Shown here: positions 57,201 to 64,000 of the stretch, piece by piece
Numbering within the stretch: position 1 is the stretch's first letter
Layout of the letters: the number at the start of each line of letters is the position of its first letter
From: Candidatus Woesearchaeota archaeon
Lineage (GTDB): Archaea > Nanobdellota > Nanobdellia > Woesearchaeales > SM23-78
Reading direction: 5' to 3'
DNA length: 64,000 bases
NCBI GenBank assembly: GCA_019322375.1
Contig: JAHWIP010000003.1
Location: 6,792 to 70,791 of the forward strand
Position numbers and translations under genes: made by a program
The notes under the pieces: generated by a model
Databases searched by the model: none
What the model was told of the DNA's origin: nothing
Seen by the model: the letters and a program-made list of their open reading frames with translations, nothing else

Positions 57201-57738
57201 TCATTACAGCATGTTCCAGACAAGAATAATCAAAGAAGCCCTGGACAGGCTTTTGCAAAAAAAAGAAGACTATCTTGGAGTCCTTAATATTATAAACACA
57301 AGCTCAACCAAATTATCTGCAGACCTGCCAACAGCCCTTGTTAATCCTAAATTAGAAAAAAACCAGGCATTTATACAGGACTTGTTAAAATACAATAGAA
57401 CCAAGAACCGCTATGTGGGCAATGATGAAAAAGGAAAAAGAGAATTTACAGAGCACAACAAAAAATTCTACAGGCCAGATCCCAAGTACTTTATGAGAAA
57501 GTTCTATGGAAAAACAAGCAAAGACATAGATGTTCATGCTCCTATAGCCAAGCTCTTTGGAGGAATAATAAACCTGGGAGAAGACAATTCCAGTGATACA
57601 AAAAAAGAATTTTGGCGTCAAAGACAGATGTACAGGCAGCTAATATCTGAGACTATGCTGAGCAGGCAGGAATTAAAGCAGATTTTAAACCAAGAGCTTG
57701 CAGTGCATGAACCAGGCGGACAGTTTATTATTATGTAA
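54265..57738 (+). CDS. Large (1157-aa) soluble hypothetical protein; possible DEDD-exonuclease / divergent family-B-polymerase-like motif series (speculative)
   Basis: Ordered motifs VFLDIE (Exo I-like), QGDYDFKHL (Exo II-like), YYGGDDVD (Exo III-like), DNVSQLYFSPE (like DxxSLYPS), KPFVVSMLTDLYG (like KxxxNSxYG). No clear YGDTDS motif, no TM. Confidence 0.5.
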   Translation: MFSWACMAQSSMFIGKFEFEGPGSHLTMTLWQGNKAYQFSTNFIGVYPNDQTKLKKKKTIWPASREKKISLEKILVEQGLEKSDSFDIKQGEYAFDIIDKRIVQLFLDKRDYDKLPEEATNELITCHTQSMKWDFGIMQKAEIESWLLKILKEKSKLDQEIDSLYKAMLRTNKKQLTGSLDDITSFIKKDYHKDDFDKKIIPLLFESIGYRFKQQEDKNLLIHLFQQTRYSFKHKHHYINAQKKVFEPLDIEIDYPKLTDKKNDAYYKKILKKPFGRRFLENSKQVLGEKGIDAIFSKDKEIYILKSEQEELFNTFKRLLSHKAEYPDVEDYVESIKYQLEDLFCRVQYFNLHSKTRKDLRKLVKEKLEEIGGEERDKDNLNYDKKIFERAQRLRQKKQDLESRIKQIKSSNTLKYDFDYQRTMLFLDIMHRHPEVKGDDKLKKKLRKKIYFEGIKPKGMINEHEWLDQTPSVFLDIEKFQYGTPEEVINAIISSVRRVDGEYIGRIDTDIDSGEKNILGFQIKHHHNNMNLMLSSADFINPERCYTYFTQGDYDFKHLSKTRLFRTGKEKVIVPRQKVHEEFIRRYDIPGVSINTVTLAKIIWPHLLNHRLATLVNKLYQKEGTEKVFEKSFDYEELREQAGLAKKGDKEKAYDILYYGGDDVDKPFKAWLHPKARYIFKDLLEVCNTFGITPDQASSNANTAAHLFEKRFYEKSGGILSPGIFRQKHQELAKEFRNKYTEYRTKHLLEQGLKIDFERGVQDNVSQLYFSPELFICKVLYPDFPGVKAFVDRTMRMKNPERKVSRLQYVKPFVVSMLTDLYGIHKIQDEIKVLEKEKAELLEEIRGMPESQEKQSEKEQKIKAFGGKWEKIIDKLISMNNKKYFFGQLFGVKCEKVEERVQQAYKTIADVINENDIHPLQIKGNFIYAKENLPDKVLRKAGLFRMRNMRIFNMQKNELTFHAEDQYAGYPPRLDRPGFHYSMFQTRIIKEALDRLLQKKEDYLGVLNIINTSSTKLSADLPTALVNPKLEKNQAFIQDLLKYNRTKNRYVGNDEKGKREFTEHNKKFYRPDPKYFMRKFYGKTSKDIDVHAPIAKLFGGIINLGEDNSSDTKKEFWRQRQMYRQLISETMLSRQELKQILNQELAVHEPGGQFIIM

Positions 57739-57767
57739 AAGAAATAAAAATAATAACCCAGAAATTT

Positions 57768-58808
57768 TTATGTAAACATCATGCTAAGCATATAAATCTT
57801 GTTAAGAATCTCAACCTTGTTAAGAACAATGGTTTCTACTAATGCGCCGATAATGAATATAATAATCGCTATTATGAACAAGGTGTAATTATTAGCAAAC
57901 ACTTTTTTCAGTCTTTTCTGCTGAAACAAGTTTCCAATAAAATGAATCATGCTGGTAATTACTATAACACAGATTAAGCTGAAGATTAAAGGGCTTGTTA
58001 TTCCAAATCCATACCCAAGGATTAGTTTTAAAAACACAATCAGGGCAAAGCCGCAGATAAGATAAAAAATAAAATTTCTAATATCCTTTCTCTCCTTAAT
58101 AATCTCATCAGATATAATGCCCCCAGAAATAGCAGCCAATATATAGGCTCCGCCTTCAAGTATTAAATGAGGCAGGGTAATGATAAATATCAAGAATAAG
58201 TACCCCCAAGGGCTGACACCAGCAGCACTGCCAGCTGCAAAAGCCCTGTACCCAAACAAAGCACCCCAGCTGCTGGCATTCCAGGTTATAAAAAAGATAG
58301 CTCCGTCACCAGCAACAATAGCCAGTAAAAAGCAGGCAAGCAAAACCCACCAGTTATTAGCCAGGATGCTCACAAAAGTGTCGAAAATATAAGCCCTTCC
58401 CCTAAGAGCAGGGTCAACAAACAACTGCTCCTTAAAGATGTTAAAAGTGTTGACTCCGAGCTGAGGAAGGATAAAGGAATAAAAAGTATAAGTCAGATAA
58501 ATGCCAAAGAAAATAGCAAAATAAACCCTTATAGCCTGGTTGTTCTTAAAAAAATGCTTAACAGAAGCAAAATTCTTTAAAGAAAGCCTTTTCTCAGTCT
58601 CCTCTTCTTTTTCCTCCTTCTTAAACATTTTCTGCAGATAAGGAAGAATAAGCAGAGAAGTAAAAATAACACTAACAATGCCAGAATTAGCCCCAAACAA
58701 CAACCTGGCAGCAATAATCCCAACAGTAGAATAGATAACAGCAATAAGAAAAGCATAACCAACCCTTTTCTCAAGCCAGTTCTCAGGGAATAAGTGTTCT
58801 AGGACCAT
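57768..58808 (-). CDS. SpoIIM/DUF95-family integral membrane protein
   Basis: 346 aa, ~8 TM, LPHLILEGGAYILA motif typical of the DUF95/SpoIIM family. Confidence 0.45.
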   Translation of the reverse strand: MVLEHLFPENWLEKRVGYAFLIAVIYSTVGIIAARLLFGANSGIVSVIFTSLLILPYLQKMFKKEEKEEETEKRLSLKNFASVKHFFKNNQAIRVYFAIFFGIYLTYTFYSFILPQLGVNTFNIFKEQLFVDPALRGRAYIFDTFVSILANNWWVLLACFLLAIVAGDGAIFFITWNASSWGALFGYRAFAAGSAAGVSPWGYLFLIFIITLPHLILEGGAYILAAISGGIISDEIIKERKDIRNFIFYLICGFALIVFLKLILGYGFGITSPLIFSLICVIVITSMIHFIGNLFQQKRLKKVFANNYTLFIIAIIIFIIGALVETIVLNKVEILNKIYMLSMMFT

Positions 58809-58922
58809 AAAATAATTTTTTGATTATGTTATATAAAAAGTTTTAGGTTGGTGAGGTTCAGGTTGGGGAAAGAAATAATAAAAAATTTTGTTGGCATTGG
58901 GGGGTGTTTCTCTAGAAAAATC

Positions 58923-61412
58923 TTACTTTTCAAAGATTAGATTGCAGTTTGATTCTACAATTAAAGCAGCAGCTTTTTGCAGAGAGCTAATCCTGTTCTG
59001 GTTGGCATCAAGTATTACTCCTTCTGAAGAGCTAAGCAGATTTCGTATTTCATTATAATTAATCATATTAATATTAGCCAATCTTTGTAGCTGTGCCAAA
59101 TTGTTTATTATAATCATCCTTCCACAATCTCCCTCAAATCTTATATTGTAGGTGCTGAATGGAGATGACACAAGGTTAATCATTCCACTGAAAAGAGGGA
59201 CTGCTCTCTGGTTTTCTGTTCCCATTAGAGAAGCTGATACATCAAAAGCACTAGCAGCCATGTAAGAAGGATGATTATTACCATAACTCACAAGAGGATC
59301 TCCTATCAACTCCATTTGAGAGGGTATGTTTGGGTTAATTTCTCCGTAAGGCCAGGCTATAGTAATGAAATAATCTCTTGAATCCTGGAGTGCAAATCTT
59401 ATCACATCTCCTATCTTATGTCCTTGATTAAAGTAAGGCATAATCCAACTAGCCCAACCGGATCCTGTTCCTAAAAGATCCACGCTGCCATATACATTTG
59501 TTGATAATGATCTAAGAGTGCTGTCAAGATTATTATCATAATTAACATGTTTGATTGTGCTGCATGCATGCAAGTACCATAAAGATGGCTTATGAGGTCT
59601 CCTGCTCAGAATTGAATCTGCATTAACATGGGGTTCAGTTGCACTTAAATAATTTGGACCTCCATGGCCCTTGAGTATTACAAATTCACTATTTTTTGCC
59701 AAATCAAGAATTAAATCCAACGGAGGATTATTAATCAAACTGTTGGTGTCAGTTGGATCTCCATAAGAATCAACCTTGCTTGCACCATACATTTTATTGA
59801 GGTTTTCTATAATTGATTTTGAATCCCAACACCTATATCCTATTGAGCAATTCGCAGTCCAAGTTATGTCCCAGTCAGAAGAAAAAACAGCTTTCTTACT
59901 TATTTGTATAAGATTGTTTTCTTTTAGCCAGCCAAGATTTAATAGTATTGAAGCACTGGTTAAATCATAACCTGTTATTCTTCCAACACCCATGTCAGGA
60001 ATAAAATATTTATCTTGGTCTCCAATATCACTAGAGCTCCAAGCACTGTTTCTATCAGCATACAAAATATCAGCACTGAATTGCTGTAAGAAAGGGTTGT
60101 CACTCATATTTATGATTTCAATCGGCATCCTGTAAGTATATGGAATTTTAAGTCTGTCAGCAACTATGGTCATGTACTTGAATTCCTGGTTATTATTGTA
60201 AGGTCTTAACAAGTTAAGTTGTCTATCAATATCATTATCAAAGCTGAAAGTACTGCCTGCTGCATCACCCTCTACAGATATCAAAGCAGTATTTCGGTAT
60301 AATACATAGAGAACTCCAAGTTTTGAGTAATCTGAAGTTACTTTAGGAATAACAGTAACAATCTTTTCACTGGAAATACCTTGGTTTAGTTTTATTTCTG
60401 CATTCCTAATATCAGGAACTTGCTCTATGTTGCTGGAATAAGAGTAAAGATATCTTCTTGTATAATCATTGTTACCAAAATAAATTATTTTTCTTGAAGG
60501 TATTTTTTCAATATATCTACTAACATCCAGCACAGAGTCCAGAAACAAACCATTGTTTTTACCAGCCCAAGCAGACGCATAAGGCTTTAACTCTTCATTG
60601 TCTGAGAAGGAGATTAGTCGAAATGGGGATACTAGCATTTCATTAACTGTAGATTTCTGATATTCAATGCCTTCATTTGTTAGATAACGTTCAATATTAT
60701 TGAAATTTTCATTATCTTCATAAACAATTTTTACCAAGACATCTTTTGTAAGGGCTTTTAAGAACAGTATTATCTCGTATTCCCGACCTTCAGTATATAT
60801 TATCACAGGAACCTTATCATTATTAACAGCAAGAGGAGCGATTTTTAGCAAGGTATCTGTGTTTTTTACTATGAACACGTATGATAAAGTGTCACAATCC
60901 TCATCTATTTGTCCATCACAGTCATTATCCTTTCCATCACACACTTCAGGAACACAAGCAGATATACATTGGTTGTTTTGGCATGTTTGGCTGCTTTGGC
61001 ATGTTCCGCAACTTCCTCCGCAGCCGTCGTTACCGCATTCTTTGTCAGCACAGTTAGGGGTGCAAGCAGATACACACTGGCCATTCTGGCAGCCATTTTC
61101 ACAGCTATAAGATGTACTTCTAATCCTATTTCTTCTACAATAATACTCTGTAAGATCCTTACTGCCAGTGCACCCATCAGTTTTAGTCGTAGAACCTGCT
61201 CTGGTAGTTCCTCTCTCATAATAATCCCTGCCCCCATCAGAATCAGTGCATGTTGTTCTACCCCCTCTCCTGGCTTCACCAATAATATTGCCTTGTTCAT
61301 CAACCAATAGAACTGTTGCATTAGCAGCCATCATAAAGCCAATTAATGCTACCAGGGCTACCATCAGCACCAGGCCAATCATTGCACGATTAGGATTAAT
61401 GGTTTTTTTCAA
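58923..61412 (-). CDS. Secreted/membrane-anchored protein with LDLa/EGF-like Cys-rich repeats and a C-terminal clan-CD (gingipain/caspase-like) cysteine peptidase-like domain
   Basis: TTG start at 61412 (the next in-frame ATG at 61382 gives MIGLVLMVALVALIGF signal anchor). CxxGxC repeats and CDGKDNDCDGQIDEDC. Candidate catalytic dyad in VILKGHGGPNYL and WYLHACSTIKH. Confidence 0.45.
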   Translation of the reverse strand: MKKTINPNRAMIGLVLMVALVALIGFMMAANATVLLVDEQGNIIGEARRGGRTTCTDSDGGRDYYERGTTRAGSTTKTDGCTGSKDLTEYYCRRNRIRSTSYSCENGCQNGQCVSACTPNCADKECGNDGCGGSCGTCQSSQTCQNNQCISACVPEVCDGKDNDCDGQIDEDCDTLSYVFIVKNTDTLLKIAPLAVNNDKVPVIIYTEGREYEIILFLKALTKDVLVKIVYEDNENFNNIERYLTNEGIEYQKSTVNEMLVSPFRLISFSDNEELKPYASAWAGKNNGLFLDSVLDVSRYIEKIPSRKIIYFGNNDYTRRYLYSYSSNIEQVPDIRNAEIKLNQGISSEKIVTVIPKVTSDYSKLGVLYVLYRNTALISVEGDAAGSTFSFDNDIDRQLNLLRPYNNNQEFKYMTIVADRLKIPYTYRMPIEIINMSDNPFLQQFSADILYADRNSAWSSSDIGDQDKYFIPDMGVGRITGYDLTSASILLNLGWLKENNLIQISKKAVFSSDWDITWTANCSIGYRCWDSKSIIENLNKMYGASKVDSYGDPTDTNSLINNPPLDLILDLAKNSEFVILKGHGGPNYLSATEPHVNADSILSRRPHKPSLWYLHACSTIKHVNYDNNLDSTLRSLSTNVYGSVDLLGTGSGWASWIMPYFNQGHKIGDVIRFALQDSRDYFITIAWPYGEINPNIPSQMELIGDPLVSYGNNHPSYMAASAFDVSASLMGTENQRAVPLFSGMINLVSSPFSTYNIRFEGDCGRMIIINNLAQLQRLANINMINYNEIRNLLSSSEGVILDANQNRISSLQKAAALIVESNCNLIFEK

Positions 61413-61420
61413 TTTCTTTT

Positions 61421-61448
61421 TTTCTCGCGAACATAGTGAGCGAGCAAA
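61421..61448 (-). repeat. Copy C of the 28-nt GC-rich motif (TTTGCTCGCTCACTATGTTCGCGAGAAA on the minus strand)
   Basis: Immediately 5' of the TTG start of the peptidase-like gene, sense orientation. Confidence 0.55.
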
Positions 61449-61699
61449 TAATTATTTTTAACTTAATTTTTAATTCAATTCTTGTTTTAATCTTATAAAA
61501 ATTTTCCGAAAATCTGCACTGGACACACTGGACATGGGGACGTAGGATATATAAAGGACTCTGGCTTCTCTATATGTAAGGTAAGCACGTAATTCTTACC
61601 TTTTCTTTCCTTTTTTGGAAAGAAAACCTCCGGCTCTCCGGCGCCTTGACAGCGCCTAAATAAGAGAGCTATGAAACAGGCAAATCTTTGATTTGACGG

Positions 61700-61724
61700 T
61701 TCAAAGAAAGTTTGTTTCTTTGAA
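61700..61724. promoter_or_regulatory. Perfect inverted repeat TTCAAAGAAA-gtttgt-TTCTTTGAA overlapping an A/T-rich TATA-like box upstream of 61757
   Basis: Arms of 9-10 bp with a 6-nt spacer, ~30 nt upstream of the SD AAGGAGG/ATG 61757; a candidate operator. Confidence 0.35.
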
Positions 61725-61756
61725 ATAAAATGCGATAAGCAAAGGAGGCGGTGAAT

Positions 61757-62029
61757 ATGGAAAAAAAGACAGCATCAGGCAACTTGCCTGTAAAGAAATT
61801 TAAGGCAGGAGCTATTTCTGCAACAATTTGGGAAAACCAAGCCCAGAATAAACAAGGAGAGGAAGTAACCTATAACAGTGTCAGCTTTGACAGGACTTAT
61901 AAGGATGCTAATGGTGAATGGCAAAAGACTAATTCTTTAAGAACATCTGATTTGCCCAAAGCAGCCCTTGTTCTTAACAAAGCTTACGAGTTTCTGGCCC
62001 TTAACAGGCCAGAAGCTGCTGAGGCTTAA
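61757..62029 (+). CDS. Small hypothetical protein upstream of radA, possibly with an OB-fold
   Basis: ATG 61757 with SD AAGGAGG 8 nt upstream (track start is GTG 61751); 90 aa, no firm family. Confidence 0.45.
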   Translation: MEKKTASGNLPVKKFKAGAISATIWENQAQNKQGEEVTYNSVSFDRTYKDANGEWQKTNSLRTSDLPKAALVLNKAYEFLALNRPEAAEA

Positions 62030-62046
62030 TAATTGAGGTGATATTC

Positions 62047-63063
62047 ATGCAGAAGTTACAATCTGTTAAAAAAGTGGAAAGATTTAAAATGAAAAAAGAA
62101 GTTCCAAGGTTAATGCCTTCTAAAAAGCGAGAAAAAGAGACTGAAATCCAGGATTTGCCTGGCATAGGAGCAGCAACAGCTGAAAAATTAAAACTATCTG
62201 GTTTTGACAGCCTTATGAGTATAGCAGTGGCTACTCCTGGAGAAATAATAAATGTTGCAGGAGTAACAGAGGCAACTGCTAGAAAAGTTATTAAGTCTGC
62301 CAGGGACAGCCTGGACATGGGTTTTCAGTCAGGTATTGATTTAATGAAGAAAAGAGAGGGTGTTCAAAAGATTAGTACTGGAAGTAAGAATTTTGATACT
62401 TTGTTAGCTGGAGGCATGGAAACAGGTGCTATTACAGAATGTTTTGGTCCTTATGGCAGTGGTAAGACCCAGATAGGGCATGTTCTTGCTGTTCAAACTG
62501 TTGCTAATGACCCTGATGCAGTAGCGGTTTATATTGACACAGAAAACACTTTCAGGCCTAATAGGATTAAGCAGTTTGCAGAGGCTCTTGGTTTAAAACC
62601 AGAAAATGTTCTTAAAAATATTAAGGTTGCAAGGGCTTTTAACTCAGACCATCAAATGCTTCTTGTTGAAAAAGCAGAAGAACTGCTAAAACAAGGATTA
62701 AAAGTTAAATTAGTAGTTGTTGACTCATTAACAGCTCATTTTAGAGCAGAGTTTGTTGGCAGAGGAACTCTTGCTGAAAGGCAGCAAAAGCTTAACAAGC
62801 ACATGCACGCCCTTTCAAAGCTTGCAGACGTGCACAATCTTGCTGTTTATGTGACTAACCAAGTAATGGCAAAGCCAGACATGTTCTTTGGAGACCCAAC
62901 AGAAGCAATAGGAGGACATATAGTAGCTCATAACAGCACATACAGGATTTACCTGAGAAGAGGCAGAAAAGGAACAAGAGTAGGCAAGCTGGTAGATGCT
63001 CCTGACTTGGCAGATGATGAGTGTATATTTAAGATTACTGAGAAAGGCATTGAGGATGCATAA
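62047..63063 (+). CDS. radA: RadA recombinase (Rad51/Dmc1 family) with an N-terminal HhH domain
   Basis: HhH LPGIGAATAEKLKLSGFDSLMSIAVATPGEI; Walker A GPYGSGKTQ; DTENTFRPNRI; VVDSLTAHFRAEF; GGHIVAHNSTYRIYLRRG. ATG 62047 after GAGGTG. Confidence 0.85.
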   Translation: MQKLQSVKKVERFKMKKEVPRLMPSKKREKETEIQDLPGIGAATAEKLKLSGFDSLMSIAVATPGEIINVAGVTEATARKVIKSARDSLDMGFQSGIDLMKKREGVQKISTGSKNFDTLLAGGMETGAITECFGPYGSGKTQIGHVLAVQTVANDPDAVAVYIDTENTFRPNRIKQFAEALGLKPENVLKNIKVARAFNSDHQMLLVEKAEELLKQGLKVKLVVVDSLTAHFRAEFVGRGTLAERQQKLNKHMHALSKLADVHNLAVYVTNQVMAKPDMFFGDPTEAIGGHIVAHNSTYRIYLRRGRKGTRVGKLVDAPDLADDECIFKITEKGIEDA

Positions 63064-63092
63064 ATTTTTTTCTTCTCTTTTTTTAAATAACT

Positions 63093-63100
63093 TTATAAAT
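63093..63100 (+). promoter_or_regulatory. TATA-box-like element (TTTATAAA) for the TRAM gene
   Basis: ~46 nt upstream of ATG 63146, with SD AGGAGGG at 63131-63137. Confidence 0.3.
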
Positions 63101-63145
63101 AATCAAAAGTTCTATTGTATTAAATACATAAGGAGGGTTAGATAA

Positions 63146-63658
63146 ATGTTTGGAAGAAGACGTTTTGCCCCTGTTAGGGAGGGCGATGAGTTGGATGTAA
63201 AGATAGAGGCTGTTGGTGAGAAAGGCGATGGCATTGCTAAAAAGCAAGGCTTTGTTTTGTTTGTGCCTAACACCAAGGAAGGCGATGAGGTGAGAGTTAA
63301 GGTTACCCGTGTTCTTAGGAATGCTGGGTTTGCAGAGGTTATTGGTGGTGCAAAAGCTACTCCTGTTGAAGAGAAGCCAGCTGAGGAAGAAAAAGCAGAG
63401 GAAGAAGTTGCAGTGCTTGAAAAAGAATCTGAAGAAATGGACTCAGAGTCTTTTGGTGAAGAAACTCCGGAAGAGCCTGTTAAGGAAGAGCCAGTGGTAG
63501 AAGAAGAGCCTATAGAGGAACCAGCAGAAGAACCTGTGGTAGAAGAAGAGCCTGTAGTTGAAGAAGAGCCTATAGCAGAACCTGAAGCAGAGGAAATAGC
63601 AGAGAAACCAGAGCCGCCTGAAGAAGAGAAACCTAAAAAAAAGGGGAAAAAGAAGTAA
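63146..63658 (+). CDS. Stand-alone TRAM-domain protein with an acidic E/P/V-repeat C-terminal tail
   Basis: GDELDVKIEAVGEKGDGIAKKQGFVLFVPNTKEGDEVRVKVTRVLRNAGFAEVI is the TRAM OB fold; tandem EEEPV/I repeats encoded by imperfect ~18-42-nt DNA repeats (63486-63590). Confidence 0.7.
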   Translation: MFGRRRFAPVREGDELDVKIEAVGEKGDGIAKKQGFVLFVPNTKEGDEVRVKVTRVLRNAGFAEVIGGAKATPVEEKPAEEEKAEEEVAVLEKESEEMDSESFGEETPEEPVKEEPVVEEEPIEEPAEEPVVEEEPVVEEEPIAEPEAEEIAEKPEPPEEEKPKKKGKKK

Positions 63659-63704
63659 CTCAATAAAAAGTTTTTAATATTATTCTTTTTTTCTATTATT
63701 TCTT

Positions 63705-64000
63705 ATGAGGTTATTCATAGCAATAGATTTGCCTGAAGAAGTAAAGCAGGTTATTGAAGAGATAAAAAAGCCTATCAAGGATATAAAAGGAGTCAAGCCT
63801 GTTAGAAAACAAAACCTTCATCTGACCATGAAGTTTCTTGGAGAAATAGAAGATGATAAGGTTAAGAAAATAGTTGAAGCCCTTGGTAAAGTCGAGTTTA
63901 AACCCTTTAACTTGTCCCTTGGCAAATTAGGGTTTTTTCCTAATGAAAAAAGAATAAGAGTACTATGGATAGATGCAGTGCCTGCAGAACCATTAAAAAT
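63705..64000 (+). CDS. RNA 2',3'-cyclic phosphodiesterase / 2'-5' RNA ligase (ThpR/LigT, 2H family), 3'-truncated by the window end
   Basis: MRLFIAIDLPEE...NLHLTMKFLGE (first HxT/S motif); continues past position 64000. Confidence 0.55.
   Translation, partial: MRLFIAIDLPEEVKQVIEEIKKPIKDIKGVKPVRKQNLHLTMKFLGEIEDDKVKKIVEALGKVEFKPFNLSLGKLGFFPNEKRIRVLWIDAVPAEPLK

Noticed and set aside
60905-61321. Overlapping 138-aa minus-strand and 133-aa plus-strand ORFs inside the peptidase-like gene
   Set aside because: They are alternative-frame artifacts of the Cys/Gly-rich (GC-richer) repeat region; the long minus-strand frame is continuous for 829 codons.
63112-63663. 183-aa minus-strand Ser/Gly/Thr-rich ORF covering the TRAM gene
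   Set aside because: It is the mirror image of the acidic EEEPV repeats; the plus-strand product has a clear TRAM fold and an SD/TATA context.
1-64000. Possibility that the whole window is from a CPR bacterium, given sigma-70, Amidase_2, M23 and type-IV-pilin-like N-termini
   Set aside because: Archaeal and eukaryal-only markers are present throughout the window on both sides of those genes: an HMf histone, Hjc, EndA, NAC-alpha, Sec61-beta, aMBF1, RadA with HhH, RPA with zinc ribbon, and a TRAM stand-alone protein. The bacterial-type genes are therefore treated as acquisitions or anomalies. Chimeric assembly remains a formal alternative.

Overview
This window is an AT-rich (roughly mid-30s % GC) chromosomal segment of an archaeon, most likely a DPANN-type lineage. 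The archaeal call rests on hallmark informational genes: an HMf-type histone (14765-14983), Holliday-junction resolvase Hjc, tRNA-splicing endonuclease EndA, NAC-alpha, Sec61-beta, aMBF1, a TrmB regulator, RPA, RadA with an N-terminal HhH domain, a stand-alone TRAM protein, an RNase P RNA gene and an SRP-RNA-like element. Shine-Dalgarno GGAGG motifs and TATA-like boxes are visible. Two large co-directional loci dominate the window. Locus 1 (26-9744) has a FlaJ/TadC-like polytopic platform protein followed by about 10 genes for proteins with pilin-like N-terminal hydrophobic anchors. Locus 2 (32755-46639) has at least 16 consecutive genes encoding proteins with class III (type IV pilin-like) signal peptides. 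Locus 2 includes a peptidoglycan Amidase_2 (T7-lysozyme/PGRP-like) enzyme and a 1257-aa protein with a LytM/M23 metallopeptidase domain, which makes it a candidate pilus-associated cell-wall-attacking apparatus. A full-length bacterial-type group-1 sigma-70 factor (48092-50200), immediately preceded by a large GHKL ATPase, is the second striking anomaly in an archaeal context. Other content includes a glycosylation cluster (two GT-C and one GT2), two nucleotidyltransferase toxin-antitoxin-like modules (one flanked by perfect 27-bp direct repeats), a MinD-family ATPase, RNase Z, TspO, Nudix, a THUMP methyltransferase, a secreted clan-CD peptidase-like protein, a large unknown 1157-aa protein with DEDD/PolB-like motif spacing, and a recurring 28-nt GC-rich motif present three times. 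Several genes below 60 aa (Sec61-beta and tiny pilin-like ORFs) are absent from the ORF track.
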